Shown piece by piece: positions 13,801-26,067 of a stretch of 64,000 bases of DNA (the stretch's first letter is position 1; each line of letters starts with the position of its first letter). Under the pieces are notes generated by a model that saw nothing but the letters and a program-made list of their open reading frames with translations, was not told where the DNA came from and made no database searches. Both the position numbers and the translations under genes were made by a program. Source of the stretch: Balanoglossus misakiensis (taxonomy: Eukaryota > Animalia > Hemichordata); assembly GCA_040954595.2 (NCBI GenBank), contig CM082590.2, forward strand, positions 10,690,088 through 10,754,087, read 5' to 3'.

Positions 13801-16800
13801 TTGTTCTGATGTTGCGCAATTTGAAACTTTGGGAGAGTTTTTTTTATATCGAGAAATGAAACAAAATCAAGGCAGGGCCAGCTGTGTTTTGAGACTTTTA
13901 AGTTTTCTTGATTAAAAGAAAAGTCTCCTTTGCTTGAATAACTTCACATGCGTTGCCGGCTTTTTATCTGAGGTTCATTCAATCAACAGAAAAGAGAGCG
14001 TTTGTTTCCCCGCCTGATATAGGAACCGGTGGACGCCTTCATCGGCGGATGTGGTTGCTTGCATGGGGTGGAGATGACACCACAAAGCTTTGCAGTTGGA
14101 TCAAAGGCTCGACTTGTAAAAACCGAGCTTGGTGTATTCAACGCGCCTTTTTTGTTGCCGCGTATCATGCGATGCCAATCACTGAAAGCCAACTTTTAAC
14201 ACTCGTCTTTATAAACTCGGGACATCTTGGCGGTGTTCTGAGGGAGGAAACTGCGGTAGTCCGGATTGTGTCCGACTATACAACCACTGCTGTCAGGGTG
14301 ACAAAAGCGAACAGACGACCTACGTCATAGAATTTGAGTGGCATGGCGTCTTAATAGAAGTAGCGGGGTTTTCGAGAAAATTCCACTCTTAACTGACATC
14401 GATGCGTATTTAAAATTCCTAAATTATTTCCTGAGGGGAAATGTTGTATTAAGTGCCCTTTGTGTCATTCGGAACTGGATTCTGGATATTCTTTGCCGAG
14501 ATGAAACCACCATACATACTCTCAGCTTGTGATGCTACAGAAACAAGTCCATCTTTACAATCTTTTCAGACCGCACCTAGGACTCTTATTTTTACACTCA
14601 GAAATAACACTCCTCGAAACCTGTTTCAACACTTTCACGTGTTACCGTCTTGTGTAGTGTTTCCAAAGTAGATAGGCTAGAAGCAGAGATTTTAATAATT
14701 TTCTAGTAATTTTTGATATTAAATTCTCTTTCATTTAACGAAAGTTGTCTTCAGTTAAGATAACAATTCTGTATCTGTCTCACGTGTGCTGTAAAGTTGT
14801 AGATGACTCTAGTGTCGTGATTGCGTTTGCAAGAAAAAGTTTCTTTGGTATTGATGAATTGTTTTACTTCTCGGCTGAATTCGGACATTTTCGGTAACTT
14901 GGTTTCACCCTCGGAACGTCCCTTGACAGGTAAATCTATAATGTTTCCGCTGACGCTGTTCATTGGTGCCCAAATTAGGATATATATTCCGGCTATAAAC
15001 ATGTTTTGTTGGTATTTGATGATTTCCCCGAGGAATTATGTCTTATTTTGACGTTGGGTTAAATTGGTCAGAGTTATTTTGTTTACTTCTCGGAAGGAGC
15101 GCAGAACTGGCACTAGAGTGATGTCTGCTCTATGTCGTAAAAGAGCTGGTGACGTATTTAGGGCATACTTTCGGTCAGTACAAAGCCGTTGTAGGCAGCC
15201 TGTATGAATGGGGGAAAAACACTCTGTTTGCCACAGAAAGGGTTCCTCTGACGTAAACAAAATGGCGGTGCTCTGAAAAGGATTTGACCCCGGGGTCACG
15301 GTACATGCGTGACGCGCTTTGTCTCGCCGCAAAGTAAACGAGAGGGCCTGTTTAGTTATTATCGCCGAACGTAGCAGAGTTATTCGAACCGTGAAGGTAC
15401 TATAAATAGTGTTTATCATTCCGACGAGGAAAACATTCTACGTCAAAAACCAAAATTGTTACACTTTCCTGTGCGTTATTTTTTTATTCGGCCAGAGGTC
15501 AGAGGTCAAGCCCAAAACACATGGACAGAAACACGCGCATAAAACAACGCTTGCAAAACCCGGTATAAAAGTGTCAACAGATTTCTCATTGATCATACCA
15601 CGCATGACAGATTGTAAGTCGGATGAAGAAAACTTGTGAAAAACCCCGCCCAGCAAGAAGCAATGAATTCTAAGTCCTCTTGCTTAGTCGAATAAATAAT
15701 TTTAGATACATCCTAAACTTCTCGATATTTGATATGAGCGCAGTTCTGCTTGCATTTGAATCCTTACAGAACACTGCTTCTTGGGGGTGTTACGATAATA
15801 TCTTGCAACTGGAGAGAAAAGAAAAAAGACCAGATAATATCTCAAAGTATTACACTTTTGCGTTGCCATCGGAACTGAACCATTGGCCAATAAAAACCCA
15901 CCGAACGATGAAATCAGCGCATATTGCCACTCGACAAAATCCCCTGAAGTCTTTGAATCAACATTTTACGGCACGATACGATATGTTGCGAATATCGACT
16001 AGAATAATTCAGCCAATATTCAATTTCTCTTTATAATATCTTCTATTTACAGGCTGTCTCGAATATCCGTTTGGAAATTCTGATGTTGGATTTGGAAAGA
16101 TGACACGGCCTTGTGTGTGAAGTTCATGACTCGAACAGATCCTATCGTCTGGTTGGATAACATTGGTTCCGCTTTGCCTTTTGGGAAGAAGATCATTCGG
16201 AGGTATGTGGTGGAATTTTGAATTGGATTTGCGGGTTGCTGGGAGCCAATGAAATTGTTTGAAAGCAGGGGTGGTGTGGTCATGCCTTTTGAGATGAATT
16301 GTGTGGTATCAAGTTATAGTTATGTAATAATCGACAGTCGAAATCTGGAATACTGCATAACAGGGCATTGGTATTGTCCAATTTTGAGTTGCGCGATGTT
16401 GAAAATAAGTTCAAGGCAAGACTATCGCGAAATTGGTATTTTCTGGCTGTTCACCCGTTCCCCCATGTGTGGAAGAAACATGTCCACGAAGACAAGCGTT
16501 CTTGGTGAACCCAACAAGACGTGGTATACTGTTGTTTAAAACTAAAACTATGGCAATAGTTTAAAAGTATGCAGCTTATGAAACTACGATGTCAACTGAA
16601 ATGATGTGAACGTTTGACAAGGTCGTCGCGACCTATGTAGATTGGATAAACCATTATATAATTACAGTCTACCATTTTAGTGTAGGTAGATGTGGACTTT
16701 GATGTAATTGTTTGGATCATGATGGCTGTGTCTTGATTTAAATAGACCTACAGCAGCAATTGTAAAAGAAACAACGGTCTAATTTAGGTTTTACATAATC

Positions 16801-18087
16801 TTCATGTCTACCAAGGAGATATGACGCAAATGTAAATTTTCTAACAACGAAGAATCTTTAGCAGATTGGCGGACTGTTTATGTCCACTATAAATGAGTCG
16901 TCTGTGTACCCAGAGGGATATACCAAATGATGAGATCTTTTGGAGAAAGGTTGCAACATAAATGCTAAAACACGTGATAATTATTCTGTTGTGTTGGTTT
17001 CTCGTCCCGTTTGCACAAGAATGTTACTTGTTGGAATCGATGCTTCTCTGGACCGTGTGTTTCCATGGCATCCGAAGTCTCTGTTCGATCGGTCCAACTT
17101 GGCGTTTGACGAATGAGTCTGTCGCTTGTTACGCTTATGTTAAATCTTTCGCATTTCTTGCTGCTGTTTTGAATCCCGCGGTGGTGTTGAACACTTTTCA
17201 ACAGGTGTACATGTCTAGATCTGTTTGAAGTTTACAACAATCTAGACATAAAAATCTTCTCTGTAACTATACATAACGACTTAGAAAGTCCCGCGAATCG
17301 ATATTCTTATAAATAGATAGGGCCAAAAGTCTTAAACTTTGTGAAAATATATAAAATAGTTGTTTTAATTTGCAACGTGTTAGGACGCAACTTGAGTACT
17401 CGTATAGAGAAGCAAAACTTTCCAGTGGAATTCTGCCTAAACCAACAGGAATATACGAGTTACTAAATAAACAGAGTAGGGAACGTGACATTTCTTGGCC
17501 TTGGTGTTGATGTTATAACAGGTATTTCTGTTTTCATCATATCGCCAATCAACTTAGAATAACCCCCCTTTTCTGAAAATAGGCCAAAATCAACGCCAGT
17601 GATGAAAACACTGACTCGAGTCATCGAAGTAAAATAAAGTTTATTTGTCTCTCAGGGCTCAAGTATGTTTGTTGGCCTTGCTTGTCGGATGTTTTCCAAC
17701 TACCTGTTTGAAAGTCGGGAGTTCCGGGTGGGGCGGTTTTGTAGATACTGAAGGGGAGATTCGCTTGGCTTGTAAAATGACATATTTATGATCGGAGGAC
17801 GTTTGTTTTTTTGTCAATCTTCGGTGTCTTCAAAACACTCTTCGAAGCAGATCTTGTGTGCCCTTTCCGAAAATAGGCGCTGTAAATCGACCGGCGCGTT
17901 TGAAAGTCAGACGCGCTTCTCACCACCTGCCGACAAAGTTGGACTGCCCTGTCTCAGACAAGGAGTTTGATTGACATGTCGCGGCGTGTACAGGCAGGTA
18001 AACTTTTTCTCGACGACCCTCACAAAACGGCCATGGTGCCATCGGTTACGTCACCCATGACAATAACGCATCGGAAGTAAAGTAACA

Positions 18088-18163
18088 ATGGAGTCGAAAA
18101 CTTTCTATTGTTACCTCAGCCCCTTGTTCAACTTAACAATACTCTATTGTCTGAATTGCCCAG
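18088..18163 (+). other. Candidate alternative first exon of the desulfurase-like gene
   Basis: ATG at 18088, 25 codons plus 1 nt, and a strong donor CAG|GTAAGT. The phase-1 end fits the exon starting at 20809. TTACGTCA and CGGAAGT motifs lie just upstream. Confidence 0.3.
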
Positions 18164-19209
18164 GTAAGTTTCGGAAAAACAAAATTCTTTGCACAGGTTC
18201 GCGACCCCTCACTGCTTGCTAAATACTTACATCACGATATCGCCACATTAAACAAATCAGTAAATGACACTATTTGACAATCTAAAATGATTAGATCGAT
18301 ATCATGTTCACTTTGTTATAACAGTTAACCGAACGTATAATTGAATTATGAATTCCCATAACAGAAAAATTGTTTTGAATTACATAACCCTGGCGCAATG
18401 AAAGATTATAAAAACGAAAGAAACACTTGATATATACATATATATTATATATGTTACCTTTCGTACTTCTCGCTTCATATGGATTGATATCGAAACAAGT
18501 CATATTGGAAGATGAAGGTTCTGTCTGTCCATGATTGTCTGAGTTGTTAACACAGCGTGTGCTAAGAGAAAGTATTGAATTGAGTCAACAGTCGTGATGT
18601 GAAATTCATTTTAATAATTCGCAAATGGTAACACGATTTAATCGTCAATGAAGTCTTTCTCATTTGTTTAATATGCTATCAAGGCTTCGTTTGCTAAGTA
18701 AAGTGATGTCGAAGTTGGACTCTAGATTGCGCTAAGGCGGGATATGTACATAGGGAGCTCTGTTTTATTAGTGTAGTGTACTTCAACCATAGTTGTTCAA
18801 AACTTTAACTGTTTTTAAAAAGCCGTACAAAACAGGGGTTTGTTGTTGAAACTAGTGCAGTCTCGTGAACGGTGTTTCTATAAGCGGTAAGCCCCGGTTG
18901 TACGTGTACTCTGACGCGACCAGTTTAATCTTGCCTAAGAGACTTGTTACCAATGACGTGAATTTTTGAGCCACTGGTACCTGCATCGTGCCGGTGAATG
19001 GGACGAGACTGGCCGCTCCAATGTTCGAGTGCAAAAAAAAAAAAATCACATCAAGATGAATGAAAAACACTATACAATACAAGTACTCAAGCAGAACAAA
19101 TACTTTCGAGCGAAAAAGGCTTGGAGGCAAGTAGCTCTCTTCACTTCGTTGCGTATTTTGTATCGGAACCAGCGCCGCAAAAGAGACCCGCTTTTCTGTT
19201 TATCCCACA

Positions 19210-19260
19210 ACCGTCCAATCACGCGCCAGCTCCATTCACGCGCCCGTGCTGACGTATTTT
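19210..19260 (+). promoter_or_regulatory. Putative proximal promoter of the desulfurase-like gene
   Basis: CpG-rich stretch with CCAATCA (about 19215) and an ATF/CRE-like TGACGTA (about 19250), roughly 500 bp upstream of the start codon. Confidence 0.4.
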
Positions 19261-19739
19261 TGCAACTGCCCTCAACAATCGGTCATCCAAAGAAGAAGAC
19301 GAGCCAAAAGTAAGCGGGGACAGTGATTTTTTTTCGCAATATCGATGACATTCGTTCGCCATCTTATTCAAAGTTTGTTACAATTTTCACAATCGCGATG
19401 ACGTCGCATCTTTTACGGCAAGATTGTCAGCTGGAGCGCAAGATTGCACCATCAGACCAAGGGTACTGCGTTTCCGGTCATGGGACAGGGTGGTGACGGA
19501 CACCCCTGCGTTTACAAAATGAGAAATGGTTGCGCCCAATTATTCATGCGAAGGAAAGCCTATTTAATTCCGACCGGGGTCTTCTCGAACACCATTCATC
19601 GCCACTTCGGCAGAAACTCACATGAACTCCGGGAGAAGTTTGACTCAACTGTGCGCTGGACCAAGCATTTGAAGTTTCGGAGCATTTTTATTTTTTTTGT
19701 ACTCACAAAAAGTTCGCGGTTAGCAAACTTGGCTCAAAG

Positions 19740-22700
19740 ATGGAGAAAAACAACAACGATTTCGCTGATGCCGGCGTCTATGATTGTGAAGATTACGAGA
19801 GCCTGGTAACAGAAGAAAGACTCAAATTCCTCGAGTATTTAGATAATAATGTTATGGGAGGAAAAGCGTGGTTTGACGGACCTTTTGGTGAACGTCAAGG
19901 TAAGATATATTTTATTGCATTGATAATTTTCCTGATTTTTTTCTGCCGGAGACGGGGTTTCTTTGCACAGCTGATCGGGTGCAGCTCAGTCGCGCTTCGT
20001 CACCGTAAAATTTAGCTGCGGCGACACACGTGCTTTTCATCGTACCGGCAACTAAGATGACATCGGGGCGGGGCCTGCTTCTTTCGTCTGTTGCTTCTCA
20101 AGAGAAGCATTGTTCGCGACCAGACGTTCATTTCGACACCCTTTAGTGCACTGTTACAGACTCGACACGGGCGCGAAGTGTGCAGTTCCTCGGCTTTGTA
20201 GGTTAATTCGGGGGACTTGTATTGATTCAAAATCGCCCACGCAAACACCGACGTCCCTCACCTAAACTTAAACTGCTAACTTCCCAAACAATCAGACTTC
20301 TTCCGTTCTTATTTGCATACAATCCGCAAAACTTTGAAAACATAATTAGCGATTGTCCTGAAAGTTTACCACTAAAATCCATATACATTGTATATATTAG
20401 CGCTTGCTGCCTATTTTCTGTCGTTACTTAGATTTTGCTCATACAACTGCAAAAGTTAGCTAGCAGCACTGAAAGTTTGGGGTTTATCCCACTTCTCAAT
20501 CTGGCCGGTAAATGTTGAATTCTGTAGTTTTGGAATTGACATCACCTAACGGGGTCATGGGTGCAACTTTGGTTAAAAAACAAATCGAGGACATCCAATC
20601 GTTTTCGCACCACATGTTAACTCGCAAAAATACAAATCATACTCTATCTATATTAAAATTATTATACATAGGTATATATTCGTTTTGAAAGATTGCTTCG
20701 CTTGTGATCTATGTGCTATAACTGCGCCGCGTTTCTACATGAACTGACATTTCAACTTTAAAAGTTATATTTCAACGTTAACAAACTTTTTTTTTAATTT
20801 CTTTCCAGTGGTTTACTGTGATTATACGGCATCTGGCAGGTAAGAGAGACTTCGCTATTGTCACGTCACTATTTGTTTGTTGCGTCATTGTTTCCTCACC
20901 GCTGGGAAGGACGGGGAAGAAAGGGGGAAATCTGAATAAATCCCAGACACAGTGCCCGCGACCTCCTTGAAATGTATTGTCTGGCCAAGTCGAAATTGCA
21001 AATAGAAGAAGTATTATTGCTCCGGTAGCATTCAAAGGCGTTGAAATAGCCACGCGTTAGATGCGCCCGGTCGCGTCGCGCCACTGAACTCCAGGGCTGT
21101 GTCAACATTTCGCGCCAAACTATTAAACGAAAACCGGTTATATTGTTTGCATGATGACATCTCAAATTATTGCACATTTTGAGCGAGGATAATCAGTATG
21201 CAACACGAAACCCGGTTGACTTTTATTAAATCTCTGAAGCGATAGAAATTGACGACAGTGATATGAACAAGCCCAGTACATTTTTATGCCGAGTGAAATG
21301 GACGTTCATAGTATATCTTTCTTCAAGTTCCATGAAGTGTGACGACCTACAATCTTGTTTTCTCTTGTCAGGCCGATCAAATTTATTGAAGAATACATCA
21401 TGAAGAACGTTTACCCACACTATGGGAACACACACACCACGACAACGGTGGTTTCCAAGCAGACGACAAAGTTTAGACACGATGCAAGGTGAGATTCGAC
21501 ATTTTTTTGACCAGTGAAATTTCTCTCATTGGTGGTGGTCTTGAACAGGTCGACATTCCAAGTATCGAGCGAAAGGATAGTGAAAACTCACGACTTTTTT
21601 GTATTTTCACAGAGAAATTATCCGAAGTAATGTTAACGCCGGTAGTGAAGATGTCGTCATCTTCTGCGGTAGCGGGGCAACCGGAGCAATACACAAGATC
21701 TATCAGGTGATGCAGTTAACCGAAGAAAGGGCAAAGAATACGGTGAGTGGTGCACTTTATTCTCTAAAGCGTCAAGGACGATATGTTGAATAAGGTGGCA
21801 GAGTTCTCACGCATGCGCAACGGTCATTATAAGTTATCAAGACTTTGTACATGTACTCACGAGTCGTTGAGAGTTAACGTTATTACATCACCATGTCACT
21901 TACACGCCGTCTGATTTTGGTTCGTCTTTCAGGTCGTGTTTGTTGGTCCGTTTGAACACCACTCCAACATTCTGCCGTGGAAAGAGAGTGGGGCTAAGGT
22001 GATTCGTATCCGGGAAACCAGCGCCGGAACCGTCGACTTGGCACATCTCGAATCGCAACTCATTGCGGAGAAGGAACACGCAGATCTCATGATGGGCGTG
22101 TTCTCTTCCGCCTCAAATGTAACTGGAATACTTACAAATACAGAGAAAGTTGCTGGAGTTCTTCACAAACATGGCGCGCTGTCATTCTGGGACTACGCGA
22201 CTGCCGGACCGTACCTCAAAATCGACATGAACCCAACCAGTCAGGGCACAGAGTAAGTACCACCAAGCATGCGCAGTTGATGGTTGACATGCACCTATTC
22301 TTTAGTGAACGACAATTTATGGCGATTTTGAAGGATTGGGGGGGGGGGGGGTGACTGGGTGTAGGTAGTTACCGGGGGCAGATATTTCGGCCAGGCTCAC
22401 CTTTGAAGAAACGAACCGTCCAATTGCAAAGAACGTTCCATAGACTGCCTGACTTTTACTGGCAAGAAACTTTAGCCTCGCCCATAGCATTCTGGTGCAG
22501 TGAGACGCAGCATACAACGAGAATTGGACAACCATAGTCTCTGCACCCGCTATCACCATGCCAACATCAACCCAGTTCACTTAATCATGTTCTTTTGTTG
22601 TTTTACAGTGGTATGGATTGCTCAAAAGACGCGGTCTTTCTGTCTTGCCATAAATTTGTTGGTGGAGTCGGAACGCCCGGACTTCTTATTGCCAAGAGAA

Positions 22701-25327
22701 AACTATTCAAGAACAGAGTGCCAGCCTCTGCCGGCGGCGGAACAGTTTCCTATGTAAGTCTACAATTAACGTTGCCAATCTGTCGCCAGGGCGGGCCGAA
22801 CTTCAAAAGTGCACAGAAAATTCGAGCCTATCGTTGAACTACATTTGTAATTGATCTACCGATCTGACATAGTGTGTGTGCACTGAACACTTTCAAAAGA
22901 GTCTGGCCTAATAGGATCCCCAGTGAAAGTTAGGTTTCAAATCACGCACGCTTGGTTTTAAGTTCAACCGCGTTCACTGAGCATTGTATTTAAATATAGA
23001 GCAATAGTATCATGCTTGATTATCCACAGCGACAATTGCGAGTCTAACTTTGAAATAATTCTGTTCCTTCGCAGGTGTCAAGGGAAAAGCATTATTATTT
23101 GAAAGACATAGAGTCACGTGAGGAAGGCGGTACTCCGGCCATCACTGAATCCATCCGCGCTGGTATGGCCTTTCAGCTGAAAGAGGTAAGATTGGCTTTT
23201 GTGTATGGTGGTGGTGGTGGTGATGATGGTGATGGTGGAAGAGGCGATCATCATTATGACGGAAATAATATGACAAGTAACACACGTCTATTACGTCATC
23301 ATAGATCTACAGAATTCGACACGTAGAGCAAACGAACACAACGTCTTTCCTCATTTGAAAAAAAGTTCAGATTTTCACAATTTGTGTGTACTTTTTTAAA
23401 CTTTTAGGCTGTCGGTCCTGACGTCATCGAGGCCAGAGAAGAAGAACTATGCAGACGAGCTTTCAACAAATGGCAACACAACAAAAATCTAATAATTCTG
23501 GGAAACAAGAAACCCAGACGACTCCCAATTTTCTCATTTGTGGTCAAACACGAAAAGAGTGGGAAACTTCTGCATCACAACTTTGTCTGCACCCTTCTGA
23601 ATGATCTGTACGGTATCCAGGCCAGAGGAGGTTGCGCATGCGCTGGACCATATGCTCACGTAAGTATCCAGTAAACACTTTTTGCGGATATAGTCATTAA
23701 CAGTGAGATTGCAAATGATCACGAGAGAATGTATTTCGGAAACTGATTTGTACCATTTGGTACCATTCCAAGAGTTCAGCTTGAAAGAGCGAGGCCAAGC
23801 AAAGAATCTTTCTTTGTTCTCCATGTCATGCGGCGACATCGTGCGTAATGTGTGCGCGAGTTTGTGCGCCAATGAGTAAGCTGGAACCGAGAAAAAGTGA
23901 AGGTCTATTTGTTATAATGTTTACAGACAAAACGAGGAATAACCACGAATATTGTCAGCAGATCACAAACAAGTACAAAACGAACACGTAAGATGGGCCT
24001 GTTTCTCATTATACTTGTTTTACATTCACCATTTCAGGATTTGCTGGGCATTACTGAACAGATAGCGGACGAGTTCATCCGAGTTTTGGATGAAGATAGA
24101 AAGAAGAAAGAGAACAAAGATCCTTTAGAAGCTTTAAGACCAGGATTCTCCAGAATCAATCTGCCATATTTCATGCCCGATGATATCGTCGATTACGTCT
24201 TAGAAGCGATCGACCAACTGGCGACACACGGCTGGAAACTTCTTCCGCTGTACCGCTTCGACCCAACCACAGGCGCCTGGGAACATCGTCACCAACCTCG
24301 CGTCACCAGACATTCGCCTGGTTACATGAGTCTCTTGGACGTCAGTTACGACGACGGGTGGTTCGATGCGCCCTCGTGCGACGACAGAATCGGTGGTTTC
24401 AACCTTCAGGTGAGCAAACTGAACCTAATTAGTTTTCCTTGTGCGCGACAAGTGACAAGTCTCAACACGACAGGAAATGTTTAATTAACACTTCAATGAA
24501 AATCGCTTGAATGACTTTGAATAACCTACCATGTTGTTTTGCAATAAACGACGATTGCCTCAAGTCTGACAACAAAACCGCAACAGAGGGATAAAATCTT
24601 AGATGGCCATCCTCTTTTGTATTTCTATCACTTTTGTACTTGTGAATGTGAACTTTGTCTAAGCAAACAATTGTTCTTGTCGTTCCAGGCTTTTCTGTCG
24701 GACGCTCAGTCAGAATACGAGTCAATTGACCTCATTCAGAAAGCAGTAGATGTGGCCAGCGATCCTGAATTCGACATAAGCGATGTCGACCAGAATTTCC
24801 AGTGGTTCTTGCAGCCCAGAGAAGCTATGCTGCATCTGTCGTCAGAAAATGTCCCGGAACTGAACCCATTCGAGGAATATTTGAAATTACCCATCAAGCC
24901 CCGCGGCGTATCAGATTCTGTCGTTCCTGACGGTCTCCAGCGCGAGATCAGCGTGGAGAGCGGATACGGCAGCGAAGGGACCGCCGAATTTTACTTCGAC
25001 ACGCAAGACGACTCTGTCGATAGCAGCATCTATAACTGCGACAGTGACAATGACCTTTGCAGTCGCAACCGGAAGAGGAAGTTACAGCTTGAAGATTCAG
25101 GCTACTTTGAGGACGCAGACTCCCTGTTATCGGATGTCAGCGCTTTCGCTGATAATGACATTGTTAAGGTGAAGCCTGCCAAGAGAAGTTGCAACCAGGC
25201 TTGTTACAGGTCCAACAACCACGAACAGTGCTTGTGCGAATTCTGCTTTACAAAGGACAAATTCAACCAAACCAAAAATTTCAACTTCAGTGACACTGAA
25301 GCTTACCCATCTCTCGGTCTGTCCTAA
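19740..25327 (+). CDS. Cysteine-desulfurase-like, aminotransferase class V PLP enzyme; 10 exons, 758 aa
   Basis: Exons: 19740-19899, 20809-20839, 21372-21488, 21613-21742, 21933-22252, 22609-22753, 23075-23185, 23408-23659, 24038-24409, 24689-25327. All introns are GT-AG, phases are consistent, and the total is 2277 nt. Motifs: YCDYTASGR, YGNTHT, GSGATGAI, GPFEHHSN, SNVTG, WDYA, PLP lysine in SCHKFVGG, EEGGTP, catalytic loop IQARGGCACAGPY, RPGFSRINL. Confidence 0.92.
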
Positions 25328-26024
25328 ATCGAGAACAGTGTCTCATTACAAACCCGCTGCATTCCTAGAATTTACTTTTTTATATTTTTTGTAAGTTCAA
25401 CATTTTAAATGTTTTTAAATCTGTCGTGTCTTAGTTTTGTCTTCCCGTTATTAGAAGGTTCAAAACCATACACAGTACTAAGCCTCTAAAGTAGGTATAG
25501 GGAAAATTTCTTCATGAATAAATTAACATCTCATTTGCATATCTTCCTTGTGATTGATACAAAATAAAACTTAACGTCGTCATGGTGATTTTGTGGTTGA
25601 ATTTGAAGAATCTTTTAATTGACGATACCATATCTATTTATTGTTGCACAAATGTTCAGCAAATGTGTGAGTGAATGAATGAGTTCCATTTAGACGACAT
25701 TGTTGACGATTATACATTTTGAAATGTCTATTTTTACACAATAAATAATTCCATACAAATACATATATCTCCTGTGTCTTATCTGTCTCTGTATTTTCAC
25801 TGATCTGTCTATCTGTCTGTCTGACCGAAGAAGTGCAACGGTACATCTTTTTTTCAGTATGTAGCCTGACTATTCTGTTCACATCTTGTACTGCTTTCTC
25901 CGAGCGTCGTTGTTGGAACGCCCAGTGTGCGCGCGCATCAGATTACTTGGTCTTGGTCGGATCATGATAGATATAAAAGGCTGCCCCCTAATCGCCATAG
26001 TTACTGTCGACATGATTCCTACGG

Positions 26025-26067
26025 TGCCAGACGACATGACGTAACGATTACGTCGTGTTGTCTGGCA
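26025..26067 (+). other. 20-bp hairpin/palindrome downstream of a TATA box
   Basis: TGCCAGACGACATGACGTAA-CGA-TTACGTCGTGTTGTCTGGCA pairs fully on the + strand with two G.U pairs. TATAAAA is at 25972-25978. Confidence 0.6.

Noticed and set aside
7150-17610. Amino-acid-response elements (TGATGnAA) upstream of the desulfurase-like gene
   Set aside because: About five hits in 10-20 kb of AT-rich DNA is close to chance expectation.
19480-19510. Antizyme-like +1 frameshift at TGG-TGA-C
   Set aside because: It lacks the TCC-TGA site and antizyme homology, and the +1 frame ends at 19809 without joining the enzyme frame.
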